Of a stretch of DNA of 64,000 nucleotides, positions 18,409 through 27,724 are shown one piece after another. The first letter of the stretch is position 1, and each line of letters begins with the position of its first letter. Source of the DNA: a virus; IMG/VR virus record IMGVR_UViG_3300017593_000402, positions 1 to 64,000 of that record; one strand, given 5' to 3'. The notes beneath the pieces were generated by a model. That model saw only the letters and a program-made list of their open reading frames with translations. It searched no databases and had not been told where the DNA came from. Made by a program: the position numbers and the translations under genes.

Positions 18409-21400
18409 ATGGAGTTGCATACACACATTCTTGAGTATTGCCGTGCCTGTCCTCTATATCGGAATTCCCTTAGGTTTGTTCCTCCGGAAGGGAGTGTTCA
18501 CGCACCTATTTGTATAGTTGGGCAGAGCCCGGGTATTAATGAGTTCTTTGAAGGAAGGCCGTTTGTTGGAAAGTCAGGAGAAGAGATAGCCAAGTTTCTC
18601 ATTCCTATCCTTGGTACTAGACCTCCAACCTTTGATAAGTTTTTAGAAACCCGTGGAGAACATTTATACATTACTAATGCTTGTGTTTGTGAGGTCTTAA
18701 CTCCTGTTCCTAAAGTGAAGAGGACTTTCTGTTATGACAGACTTCATACGGAACTTCGACGCATTTCCCCAAGATTGATCGTTACATTTGGTGGACAAGC
18801 TCTTGAGTATGTAACTAGAGGTGAGCTTACTTCTATTCTGTCCGCTAGGGGGTTCCTACTCCGTACTGAAGTAGGACCTGTGTTACCCACAATTCATCCG
18901 GCGGGTGTAATGAGACAGCCCGAGCTTCGATGGCTGTTCGAGGCTGATATGAGAAAGTTGGCCAGAATTGTTGAAGGGGCTTACTCAGAACCTTCTCCGT
19001 TGATTTTCCAGATCAATACCCTTGGAGCACTTGAGGAGTTGACAAGGTTGGTAGAGTCACTCCCAGAAGACACACTGATGTCATTCGATTTGGAGACGAC
19101 CGATACGAACCCGTTTAGATCGTCGATCATTTGTCTCTCCCTCTCTTTTGAAGATTGGGTTGGGTATACTATTCCAATGGATGACCCGATTGTTGTTCCT
19201 TACATCAAGCGTATTCTTGCGTCTCGATGCCGTAAAGTGGCCCAGAATTGCAAGTTTGACCTCCGGTTCCTGAAGAGGAACGGGTTCTGTGTAACTAACA
19301 TGTACTTCGATACCATGATTGCTCAGCACGTGTTGAACGAGAACCTCCCTGCTGACTTGAATACGCTTATTACACTGTATTTGGATTACCCAAAGTACGA
19401 CCGAGAGTTAGAGAAGTTCAAGAAGGAGCATAAGATTAAGTCATATGCAGAAATTCCGCAAGAAATATTGTTCAAGTACGCAACTCATGACGCCATTGTG
19501 ACAAGGATGATTGCCCTAAAGCAAATTGAGGAAATACGAGAGAAAGGGTACGAGGAGCTGTACTGGAAAGTTGAGTTCCCGGTACAACTCGCTTTGGTCG
19601 ATGTTGAATTAACAGGGATCCTTGTTGATAAGAAACGAGTAGACGAATTAACGAAGCGTGTGGTGTCCGAGATTCAACAGAACGAACAACAGCTTTTTCA
19701 AGCAGTGGGTTATGAGTTCAATTACAAATCTTTTAAACAGTTGACTAAGGCGTTGTATACTGATTTGAAGTTTCCTATAGTGAAGAGGTCCCCGACAGGA
19801 AACGCATCGGCTGATGAGGGAACCTTACAGAAGCTGAAGTCTAAAGTAGGCTCTGATCCCAAGAAGTCCGCTGTAATTACTTCGTTGCTCAAACTCAGAG
19901 CCCGTCAAAAGTTACTCTCTACTTACCTTTCTGGAGGTAAAGGAGGGATTTGGAAGTTTGTTGAAAATGATGGGAGAGTACACCCAGATTTTAAAGTTAC
20001 CGGTACTGTGACCGGTAGATTAAGTGCTGCAGACCCTCCTATTCAGACAATTCCTAAATCCGCAGTTAGATCTATTTTCACTGTACCTAAGGGGTACAAG
20101 TTCATAGAGGCAGATTTGAACAGTGCTGAATTGTATGCTCTCGCGTGGTATGCAAGGTGTAAGACCATGCTCGACCAGTTAAACTCGGGTGAAGATTTTC
20201 ATATTCAAACGGCAGAGCGGATATTTAAGAAAAAGGTTAAGAAAGGAGATATTGAACGGAAACTGGCAAAGTTTGCCGTTTATGGTATCAGCTACGGCCG
20301 CGGGGCGCGTAGCATGGCTGATCAGTTCAAGCTTTCACTAGAAGAGGCACAAAGAATCGTTGACTCGTTGTTTGAAGCCTATCCTGAGATTCCAACGTTT
20401 TTGGACTACGCCGTACAAACCGCTCGGGAGCAGCGAGAACTTCGAAATGTTTTTGGAAGGACGCGCATCTTTCCTCGAGATTGTGCGTTTATGCCTGTGT
20501 GGGAAAGACAAGCCCTGAATTTTCTTCCGCAATGCGTGTGTAAGGGTTCTCTTGTTCTAACAGAGTATGGTTACATACCGGTTGAAGAGTGTGACGGAGT
20601 TAGAGTTTTTGACAGCAAGGAGTTCACTCCTGCCGTTCTACAAGGACCTCGTTGGAAGGAAGAAGTAGAGATTACTACTTCTTTTGGACCACCACTATAC
20701 GCAAGCGGCGATCATCGCGTGTTAGTACTAACAAAGGACGGGATTCAAGAACGGTTTGTCCGAGATTTGCAAAAAGGGGAGCTGTTAGTAGTTCCTGAGG
20801 TGAATACCCTGAATAATAAATTGAAGGAGCTAGAAGATTCATTTTTGCCTAAAGTTAATACTGTGAAAGGGAATGTTTCTTTTTATAAACCTGTTCTAGT
20901 AAAGAGAGACGCGCTTCCTAAGATCAGAAAGAGAGGTTTGAAAGGAGGGTCTCCGCTTCCTGAAACGGCTTACTTGTACCTTTCTAAGGTTTTCCGACAT
21001 CTACCTTCTCGAGGCCTTTCTGAGACAGAACAAGTTCAACTTCGTAGACTGATACAGGAGAAGAGTTTATCATATGACCATGCTCGAGAGTTGTATACAA
21101 GGTTTAGGTCTCTGTTTAGTCCCGAGGAACGAAACGAACTCGATCTTTTCTTCAAGTCCACCTTTTTCGAAGTTACTCAAGTTAGGAGTACAGGCCGGGT
21201 TGTAGAGATGTACGATTTAACCGTACAAGGCCCGCGACCCTACTACGTGTGCCAAGGTTATTTGGTTCATAATAGTACTGTCGCAGATCATACTAATCAG
21301 ACGCTTTGGATGCTCCAAATGATTTTTAACGAACGCGGGCTAGATGCGAGAGTGATAATCCAACTTCATGATGCTATAATGGTGGAAGTTCATGAGAGTG

Positions 21401-21531
21401 TTTTGGATGAAGTTGTTGGTTTAATTCAGGAGTTGTACACGCGCCCTGTGGCTAATACAGATTTAGTGATCCCGGTTGAAATTGAAGTTGGGGATTGTTG
21501 GAAAGGAGGTGATCATTTGTTTGAAGAGTAG
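18409..21531 (+). CDS. polA: Family A DNA polymerase with N-terminal family-4 UDG-like domain and 3'-5' exonuclease; contains an intein
   Basis: GQSPG..E...GRPFVGKSG and IHPA (UDG); FDLETT, NCKFD, YATHDA (exo); TGRLS, ADLNSAEL, KFAVYGISYG, LHDA (PolA). Confidence 0.93.
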   Translation: MELHTHILEYCRACPLYRNSLRFVPPEGSVHAPICIVGQSPGINEFFEGRPFVGKSGEEIAKFLIPILGTRPPTFDKFLETRGEHLYITNACVCEVLTPVPKVKRTFCYDRLHTELRRISPRLIVTFGGQALEYVTRGELTSILSARGFLLRTEVGPVLPTIHPAGVMRQPELRWLFEADMRKLARIVEGAYSEPSPLIFQINTLGALEELTRLVESLPEDTLMSFDLETTDTNPFRSSIICLSLSFEDWVGYTIPMDDPIVVPYIKRILASRCRKVAQNCKFDLRFLKRNGFCVTNMYFDTMIAQHVLNENLPADLNTLITLYLDYPKYDRELEKFKKEHKIKSYAEIPQEILFKYATHDAIVTRMIALKQIEEIREKGYEELYWKVEFPVQLALVDVELTGILVDKKRVDELTKRVVSEIQQNEQQLFQAVGYEFNYKSFKQLTKALYTDLKFPIVKRSPTGNASADEGTLQKLKSKVGSDPKKSAVITSLLKLRARQKLLSTYLSGGKGGIWKFVENDGRVHPDFKVTGTVTGRLSAADPPIQTIPKSAVRSIFTVPKGYKFIEADLNSAELYALAWYARCKTMLDQLNSGEDFHIQTAERIFKKKVKKGDIERKLAKFAVYGISYGRGARSMADQFKLSLEEAQRIVDSLFEAYPEIPTFLDYAVQTAREQRELRNVFGRTRIFPRDCAFMPVWERQALNFLPQCVCKGSLVLTEYGYIPVEECDGVRVFDSKEFTPAVLQGPRWKEEVEITTSFGPPLYASGDHRVLVLTKDGIQERFVRDLQKGELLVVPEVNTLNNKLKELEDSFLPKVNTVKGNVSFYKPVLVKRDALPKIRKRGLKGGSPLPETAYLYLSKVFRHLPSRGLSETEQVQLRRLIQEKSLSYDHARELYTRFRSLFSPEERNELDLFFKSTFFEVTQVRSTGRVVEMYDLTVQGPRPYYVCQGYLVHNSTVADHTNQTLWMLQMIFNERGLDARVIIQLHDAIMVEVHESVLDEVVGLIQELYTRPVANTDLVIPVEIEVGDCWKGGDHLFEE
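20533..21273 (+). mobile_element. Intein in PolA (247 aa, no evident intact LAGLIDADG)
   Basis: NFLPQ|CVCKGSLV...SGDHRV...MYDLTV...YLVHN|STVAD; removal restores the PolA motif NFLPQSTVAD. Confidence 0.9.
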
Positions 21532-21600
21532 TTTAGGCTTTTTCCTAGAAGAAGTACAATAGATGGTCGATGTTAATTTTTTTACAAAAGGAGGTTTGTT

Positions 21601-22464
21601 ATGCCAGTTGATCTCGCTAAAATTAAGAATGATCTTGCTAAGTTTAGCTCTGGGAATTTTTGGAAACCTAAAACAGGGAAGAATTATATTAGGATTTTAC
21701 CGCCCTACCGTGAGGACATTCCAGTGTACTACTACGCCGTTCGATTACATTGGGTGAGTAGTAGATATGTCCTTTGTACAGGAGATGGTTGTATTGTATG
21801 TTCAATGTTGCAAGACTCGGCCTTTGCGATGGTACTGAAGGATAAGGTTCAAACAATGAACAAGTTCCTCGTGAACATGATTGACTTAGAGAACCCTTCA
21901 GCAGGTGTTCAAGTGTGGAGTATGCCTGTTACAGTATGGCGTTCGCTGAATCAGTACTTTCTAGATCCTAAGTGGGGTGACCTAACTGATGTGAATCAGG
22001 GAAGAAATATCACCATAGTTCGTGAAGGCACTGGGGCTAAGGATACTAAATACCAAGTGTATCCGGATCCTGAACCAACTCCGGTTGACCCGACCTTCTT
22101 GTCTGGCCTTAAGGACCTGAGCACGATCTTTGAGGAGATACCGTTTGAGGAGATAGCTGAGTTACTTCAAAACGAGAATGTGAGACTGACTCCGGCTTCT
22201 GTTGGTCAAAGTCTCCCTACGCCTGGTTCTACTCCTCCGTGGGAAGGAACCCCGGGTAGTCAACAGCCGGTTACACCTTCTACTCAGTCATCTACTCCTA
22301 ATCCGCAGCCAGCGCCTAGCGCTCCCCCTCAATCACCTCCGCCTGATCAACCAGCTCAGGCTAGCCCTGCAGTAGAGACACCATCTTCTGATAAGAGTTC
22401 TTCGGGCCAGCAATTTGATCCTCAGAAAATGCAAGCTTTGCTCAATAAGTTGATGAATAAATAG
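21601..22464 (+). CDS. Single-stranded DNA-binding protein (gp32-like) with Pro/Gln-rich tail
   Basis: FWKPKTGKNYIRILP, H..C....C..C, GDLTD...GRNITIVREGTG..TKY; between polA and recA. Confidence 0.75.
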   Translation: MPVDLAKIKNDLAKFSSGNFWKPKTGKNYIRILPPYREDIPVYYYAVRLHWVSSRYVLCTGDGCIVCSMLQDSAFAMVLKDKVQTMNKFLVNMIDLENPSAGVQVWSMPVTVWRSLNQYFLDPKWGDLTDVNQGRNITIVREGTGAKDTKYQVYPDPEPTPVDPTFLSGLKDLSTIFEEIPFEEIAELLQNENVRLTPASVGQSLPTPGSTPPWEGTPGSQQPVTPSTQSSTPNPQPAPSAPPQSPPPDQPAQASPAVETPSSDKSSSGQQFDPQKMQALLNKLMNK

Positions 22465-22470
22465 AGTCAC

Positions 22471-22501
22471 TGGTAGGGGAGTAGAATATACTCTCCTACC
22501 A
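22471..22501 (+). terminator. Intergenic hairpin between ssb and recA
   Basis: TGGTAGGGGAGTA / TACTCTCCTACCA stem with one G-U pair; weak U-tract. Confidence 0.45.
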
Positions 22502-22523
22502 TTCTGTTAATGGGAGGTAGGAG

Positions 22524-23651
22524 ATGGAATGGTTAGAAGCTGCTAGAAAGTCACTCAAGTGTGCGACTTCTACTCTAGATACAATTTCTCAAGACGAACG
22601 AGGTTATCTTCCTTCAGGGGTGTTACCCCTTGATTATGTAACAGGAGCTCCTGGATTCCCTTTAGGTAGAGTTGTAGAGATTTTTGGTCTTGAGTCAGTA
22701 GGGAAATCTGCTATTGTAGCAGCACTTCTTGGCTCTGCCCATGTACTAGAAGGGACCGCTGTCCTCGCTGATACAGAGCACGCTTACACTAATGATTGGG
22801 CGAGGCTCTTCTGCGTCTCTCCAGAGAAACTGCTCGTTGTGAACCCTGAACACGTCCAAGAAGCCGTTGAGACATTTAAGACTCTTTGTACTCTTTTCAA
22901 AAAGCACCCCGCACCCCCACCACGTATATTTGCGTGGGATTCTATCGCAGCCACTCCTGTCCTTGAGGAAATAGACGATGATCTTTCAGATAAGGCCGCA
23001 GGCCTTCACGCACGGCTCCTTTCGAAAGGACTTCGTCAACTAACGACCGCTTTGGAAGATTTGAATATTTTGTTTGTTGCAACCAATCAGCAAAAGGAAA
23101 AGATCAGTATTTGGGGTGCTAGTGGAGTTTCGAAGATTGGTGGTCACGCGTTTGATTTTCACAGTTGCCTTCAACTACAATTGAAGCGAGTAAGTTTAAT
23201 TCCTCATCCTGAGAGGAAAAATGAGGTAGTAGGAATGAAACTGTCTGTGACGGCGGTTAAGAATAAGATTTACCGTCCCTACTTGACCGCTCCGGTCACC
23301 TATTATTTTGACTCTGGTTTTGACGATACCGAGTTTGTTACTTGGTTCGCGAAGGAGACGGGTATTCTCAAGGATTTGGGTGGAGGTGGTTGGAAAGAGT
23401 TCAAAGGTGAAAAATTTCAAGGTACACCTCCGGTTGAGATTTTTTCAGAGATTGAGAAGTTGGTGGTAGAGACCTACTACGGGCCTCTTGCTAACACGGT
23501 TCTTCAACTTCGTAATCTTCGAACCAATCAAGTTCTGCTTTCACCTAAGTGGAGGAAGGGCGATGTTTCCCACGAAGACGGAGTCCAGACAGCTTTACCT
23601 GGAGAAGAGAGTTCTTCAGATACTTCATCCGACGCTAGTTCGGAGTACTGA
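22524..23651 (+). CDS. recA: RecA/UvsX-like recombinase
   Basis: GRVVEIFGLESVGKS, DTEHA, WDSIAA, TNQ, GGHAFDF, KNKI. Confidence 0.9.
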   Translation: MEWLEAARKSLKCATSTLDTISQDERGYLPSGVLPLDYVTGAPGFPLGRVVEIFGLESVGKSAIVAALLGSAHVLEGTAVLADTEHAYTNDWARLFCVSPEKLLVVNPEHVQEAVETFKTLCTLFKKHPAPPPRIFAWDSIAATPVLEEIDDDLSDKAAGLHARLLSKGLRQLTTALEDLNILFVATNQQKEKISIWGASGVSKIGGHAFDFHSCLQLQLKRVSLIPHPERKNEVVGMKLSVTAVKNKIYRPYLTAPVTYYFDSGFDDTEFVTWFAKETGILKDLGGGGWKEFKGEKFQGTPPVEIFSEIEKLVVETYYGPLANTVLQLRNLRTNQVLLSPKWRKGDVSHEDGVQTALPGEESSSDTSSDASSEY

Positions 23652-24006
23652 TTATTACTCGTTGAAAGGGTATTTACTTGGGGATGAGAGGTATTTTGAC
23701 GTTCCTTTAGTTCGCCCGGGGCTGCTGTTTTGTCGTTACCTCAAGCTCTCTCTGAACCAATTACTCAAGAGGGGGTTTACCCCAGAGCTGCGCGAATTCA
23801 TTCAAGAGTGTCATCAGCTCTCTGGTGGTGATGCTTTTTACATACTGACCCGTAAAGAGGGGAGTAACATTTTCTTAATCACTCCGATAGATAACTTGCA
23901 AACACGCGTTCAACCATATTTGTTCATCAACGGATATTTCTTGTGTGAGTTTACTAACTTTGCCTCTCATGTGGTTTTAGGAGGTGCTTATGCTGCGAGT
24001 AAGTGA
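23563..24006 (+). CDS. Hypothetical protein, possibly a degenerate Holliday junction resolvase
   Basis: GGAGG RBS; position after recA; loose resemblance to the Hjc layout without a clear E-x-K. Confidence 0.4.
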   Translation: MFPTKTESRQLYLEKRVLQILHPTLVRSTDYYSLKGYLLGDERYFDVPLVRPGLLFCRYLKLSLNQLLKRGFTPELREFIQECHQLSGGDAFYILTRKEGSNIFLITPIDNLQTRVQPYLFINGYFLCEFTNFASHVVLGGAYAASK

Positions 24007-24670
24007 GGTTTTTGAGAGCATCCAGGGTGAAGGTCCTTATGTTGGAGTCCCTGCCCATTTTGTGCGCCTACAAGGCTGCAATCTTGTTAATCTGCCGTGT
24101 GGCCCTTGTCGGATGTGTGATACGAGTTATGCTATTCCCATAAAAACTTCGCCTTCACTGTGTGCAGAAGGAGATTTTCTGCGATTATTGAAGAGTAAGA
24201 GACTGCCACTTCTTGTGATTACGGGTGGAGAGCCGTTACTTCAACAACGGGAATTGGTGCAATACCTGTCCAGAGTTCCTTCAGAGTTATTGCCAAAGTT
24301 AAACGTTGAGACTAACGGGACCATTCCTCCTAGTAGGGAATGGGCGAAGTTTGATACTCTTTTTTCAGTTAGTCCGAAGTTACACACTTCATCCTATCTT
24401 AACTTAACGTCTTTTCGAGGGTTTAAAAAGATACTTAAGGTTGTGTATAATAAGAAGGTTGATGATTACACTTTTGCGCAGTTTGTGTTCAAGTGCGCTT
24501 CCCAGCTCGGAATTGCTTCGGAAGAAGATATTTACGTAATGCCTGAGTCTCGAACTAGGGATTCTTACGTAGAACAAGGTCTCGCGTGTTTTGAGTTTTG
24601 CATGAAGTACGGGTTTAGGTTTGGTACCCGTGAACACTTAGTTCTTTTTAATGGAGTTGCGGGAAAGTGA
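23990..24670 (+). CDS. queE: 7-carboxy-7-deazaguanine synthase (radical SAM)
   Basis: EVFESIQGEG, RLQGCNL...CRMCDT, ITGGEP, ETNGT, SVSPK. Confidence 0.92.
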   Translation: MLRVSEVFESIQGEGPYVGVPAHFVRLQGCNLVNLPCGPCRMCDTSYAIPIKTSPSLCAEGDFLRLLKSKRLPLLVITGGEPLLQQRELVQYLSRVPSELLPKLNVETNGTIPPSREWAKFDTLFSVSPKLHTSSYLNLTSFRGFKKILKVVYNKKVDDYTFAQFVFKCASQLGIASEEDIYVMPESRTRDSYVEQGLACFEFCMKYGFRFGTREHLVLFNGVAGK

Positions 24671-25050
24671 GGTCGAAGTTCATGTTTAAGGGTATGTTTA
24701 CCTTAATGAGCGGCGTGTTGTTGTCTCCTTATTGCGCCAGTCAAATGGTGATTTTGGTTTGTCTGGTGATTGTGGAACTAGTCCTAAGTGTGTACTTGTC
24801 TTTGAAGTATCGGCGGTTTGATAGTCACATACTTCTTAGGACGTGTTGTAAATTCTTACTCTACTTCGGAGTCATTTTGACTGCAGTTGGAATCGACTCC
24901 TACTTCGGGTTTCGGAGGATTTTAGTACAGGGGTTTCTACTCCCTTTCTTGTCCGTGACAGAAGCCCTTGAAGTGTTCAGGCAAGCAACTGAATTAAAGT
25001 GGTTTGAGAGGAGATTTCCGCGTTTCTCTTATTGGGTTAGACATGGATGA
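24667..25050 (+). CDS. Holin-like membrane protein (phage holin 4-like)
   Basis: Three hydrophobic segments; K.LLY...I..A..ID and TE..E pattern. Confidence 0.5.
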   Translation: MRSKFMFKGMFTLMSGVLLSPYCASQMVILVCLVIVELVLSVYLSLKYRRFDSHILLRTCCKFLLYFGVILTAVGIDSYFGFRRILVQGFLLPFLSVTEALEVFRQATELKWFERRFPRFSYWVRHG

Positions 25051-25363
25051 GGAGTATAGTGGTGAGAATTTATATGGCTTGTTGGACGCAGTGATGTCCC
25101 GCTTACATCGGGATTTAAATGGCCCCCGCGACAGCGGAAAAGATGGTTGGGATCTTTGTTGTAAGGCCCTACTGTGGTTTATGTTTAGCGAGGGAGTTTT
25201 ATCTTTTCCGCGACGTAATAAAGCGGATGAGTTCTTTAGGTACCTGTTTAAGAAGGTAGTGAACACGTCACGGAAGTTTGCTCTTAATGAGGACTTGATT
25301 TGTTTGGGCCTTTTTGCGCTGAAGAAGCAGTTTGAACAGAAAGGAGAATCGAATGAAGTTTAG
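25043..25363 (+). CDS. Hypothetical protein
   Basis: ORF overlapping both neighbours in the operon. Confidence 0.5.
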   Translation: MDEEYSGENLYGLLDAVMSRLHRDLNGPRDSGKDGWDLCCKALLWFMFSEGVLSFPRRNKADEFFRYLFKKVVNTSRKFALNEDLICLGLFALKKQFEQKGESNEV

Positions 25364-26336
25364 TATTTACACGCACGGAGATTTTGACGGTTTGGTGTCA
25401 GGTGCAATTGGATATAATTTTTGTAAGGAAGTTGGTTTAAGTTTGGATAAGATTACTTTTGTTGAGTATTCGACTTATCCTCCTGAAGTTTGGGATTCCT
25501 ATCGGTTTGACCCTATTGTTAATGTGGTAACTGACTTTCCATATAGTCGTGCTCTTCCTTCTTCTGACTTCTTTATTTGGGCTGATCATCACCAGGAAAG
25601 GTTTGTTCCAGACTCTTCCGAAATAACTCGGGGAGTTTGCTTTTATGACTCCGACGCCCCTTCCTGTGCTAGAGTTCTTGAACCTTTAGCTAAGTTGAAC
25701 CCTCTGTTGGAGTCTCTAGTACCTTGGGCTGATATGGTTGATAGTGCTCGCTACGAATCTGCTGAACAAGCCGTCTTAATGAAGGACCCGCCGTTAAGAG
25801 TTGCTGTTGCTATGTCTCAAACGTTCAACGATGATGTTTTCAGAGCCGAGTTGCTGAAAATGATATGTCAAGTTCCTCCCGACCAGATACTCTCCCATCC
25901 GAAAGTAGACGATGCTTATCGACGGTATACTTGGAAGCAAGAGAGGTCTATAGATTTCTTACAAAAGAATTTGGTCCTTTATGAAGACAAAGACGTCTTA
26001 GTAGGGATATGTTCCTTTGTTGGTTATAAGTTTTCCTCTCGGTATGCCGCTTTCTTGGTTCAACCGAATTTAGACTTTTTAATACACATTCGTAGTATTC
26101 CTCCTTGGGATTCACCTGCAGTCAGCCTGTCGGTCTCTTATAACCCGTGGAAGGAGTTTGATTGTGTAATACCTTTACACGAGATTCTTCGTGATGTTTA
26201 CGACGGTGATTCGGGAGGTCATGTTCGTGTTGCCGCTGCGGTTTTACCCAATGCTCAAGCTGCTATGGAGCTAGCGCGGAAGTTGGCTCAGGTTGTATGT
26301 ACACGTCTTACTACTGCGCGTGAAAAAGTCACTTGA
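25353..26336 (+). CDS. DHH/DHHA1-family phosphoesterase
   Basis: HGDFDGLVS, TDF, ADHH, GGHVRVAA. Confidence 0.85.
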   Translation: MKFSIYTHGDFDGLVSGAIGYNFCKEVGLSLDKITFVEYSTYPPEVWDSYRFDPIVNVVTDFPYSRALPSSDFFIWADHHQERFVPDSSEITRGVCFYDSDAPSCARVLEPLAKLNPLLESLVPWADMVDSARYESAEQAVLMKDPPLRVAVAMSQTFNDDVFRAELLKMICQVPPDQILSHPKVDDAYRRYTWKQERSIDFLQKNLVLYEDKDVLVGICSFVGYKFSSRYAAFLVQPNLDFLIHIRSIPPWDSPAVSLSVSYNPWKEFDCVIPLHEILRDVYDGDSGGHVRVAAAVLPNAQAAMELARKLAQVVCTRLTTAREKVT

Positions 26337-26361
26337 CTTTGGCCATTTGTGAGGGTAAATT
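26333..26361 (+). promoter_or_regulatory. Sigma70-like promoter upstream of khpA
   Basis: TTGACT-17 bp-TAAATT. Confidence 0.5.
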
Positions 26362-26408
26362 TTCTCTTGTTGAATGTTCAGTTCAGTTTAGTTTTAAGGA
26401 GGTAGGTT

Positions 26409-26675
26409 ATGAGTAATACTGATAAAGTGAAAGAGTTAACCGAACTTGTCACTCAACTGGTTAAGGCTTTGGTGGACGACCCGGATACTGTAACCGTTGA
26501 GACTTACAAAGGGGATTCAATTGTGTTGTTTACGGTTAAAGCTGACTCTCCTAAGACGCTCTCGTTTCTAATTGGGAAGAAAGGAAGCACGGTGTCTGCG
26601 ATGAGACATCTTGTTCGGTGCTTAGGAGCTCGGTTGGATCTTAAGACTGTCTTTGAGGTGTCTAGTCTTAAGTAA
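26409..26675 (+). CDS. khpA: KH-domain RNA-binding protein KhpA (UPF0109/YlqC)
   Basis: LVKALVDDPD.V.V...LIGKKGSTVSAMRHLV; GxxG KH loop; 88 aa; AAGGAGGT RBS. Confidence 0.85.
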   Translation: MSNTDKVKELTELVTQLVKALVDDPDTVTVETYKGDSIVLFTVKADSPKTLSFLIGKKGSTVSAMRHLVRCLGARLDLKTVFEVSSLK

Positions 26676-27666
26676 TTTTATGTACCTCGAGCATGTTGTA
26701 GCTTTTTGCTGTTTGTAGGATAGTTCTGATGGTGTTAACTGGAGCTGTGGTTTTGTTTTGTATTGTTGAGCTGTAAAGACGTACTCTTACCCTCTTTCCC
26801 TCGTTGTCTATGTAAACACTTACGTTGTAACAAGCTACTGCTACTACGTCGCCCTTGTTCAAGTAAAGTTCGGAGTTGTGACTTCTTCCTACTAGTTCGA
26901 GATCTCCTTTCTCGTTTGCAGCTCCTAGGTCGTAGTTATAGACACCTTTTGTCTTTGTGGGGATCCTGTTAATAACTTTGAGCGCGAATTCTATATACCG
27001 TTTAAACTTGATGAATGTTAAATTATGTGCATCTTGTTTAGTTGGTTTGAGTATTGCTCCTTCAAAGTGTCTGATTTTACAGAACTTGCGGACGTTCTTG
27101 TCGACCTCTGAGAGAGACCTTGCTCGCTCGTAAGGGACCCTGTTTAGGGGTGTATCTATAGGAGTTAGTTCTGAGGGGATGGGAAGTGCCTTGAGTTCTT
27201 CTAGGCGCTCCAGTGTTGTTTGATGAGAGATATCTTTATTGTCTATGTAGAGACAATCGAAAAGAGTCAATACCGCGTGAACGTTGTTGCGAGTTTTCCT
27301 TCTCCTATGGATTAAACCAATGGTAATTCCTCGTGGTTGGTGCTTTTTGTTTACGTAAGTTTCCAGTTCGCCCTCTGCGACAAGGTTGTTACAGGGGAGG
27401 TTCTTTAGGGCTTCTATGATTGGATTTGGTAGTTGTAATGGATTGCCTTGGTCACTGTACGCTTTAATGGAGTTACCTTCTTTACTAATTTGGATGTAGA
27501 GACCATCGTACTTGGGTTCAACAATGAAATCGAGCCGTGCTCCGTATTTTTTACGTATGAATGATAACAGTTCGCGCGTGTTAATTTTCTTCACGTTGAA
27601 GATGAAAGCTACATAGTCGTGTTGACGCCCGTTGAACTTTCCTGGTGTTATTTTTTTCGCTAACAT
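26668..27666 (-). CDS. Minimal ATP-dependent DNA ligase
   Basis: EPKYDG, EGEL, FDCLY, EGAILK, IKFK; AAGGAGG RBS on the minus strand. Confidence 0.88.
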   Translation of the reverse strand: MLAKKITPGKFNGRQHDYVAFIFNVKKINTRELLSFIRKKYGARLDFIVEPKYDGLYIQISKEGNSIKAYSDQGNPLQLPNPIIEALKNLPCNNLVAEGELETYVNKKHQPRGITIGLIHRRRKTRNNVHAVLTLFDCLYIDNKDISHQTTLERLEELKALPIPSELTPIDTPLNRVPYERARSLSEVDKNVRKFCKIRHFEGAILKPTKQDAHNLTFIKFKRYIEFALKVINRIPTKTKGVYNYDLGAANEKGDLELVGRSHNSELYLNKGDVVAVACYNVSVYIDNEGKRVRVRLYSSTIQNKTTAPVNTIRTILQTAKSYNMLEVHKIT

Positions 27667-27724
27667 TGAGCCTCCTTGATTAGTGTTCTTAGTTGAGGTT
27701 AACTCCTTTTTTTGTTAGAGGCAA

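Noticed and set aside
20533-21273. Homing endonuclease inside the PolA intein
   Set aside because: No LAGLIDADG or HNH motif is visible; the central region looks like a remnant
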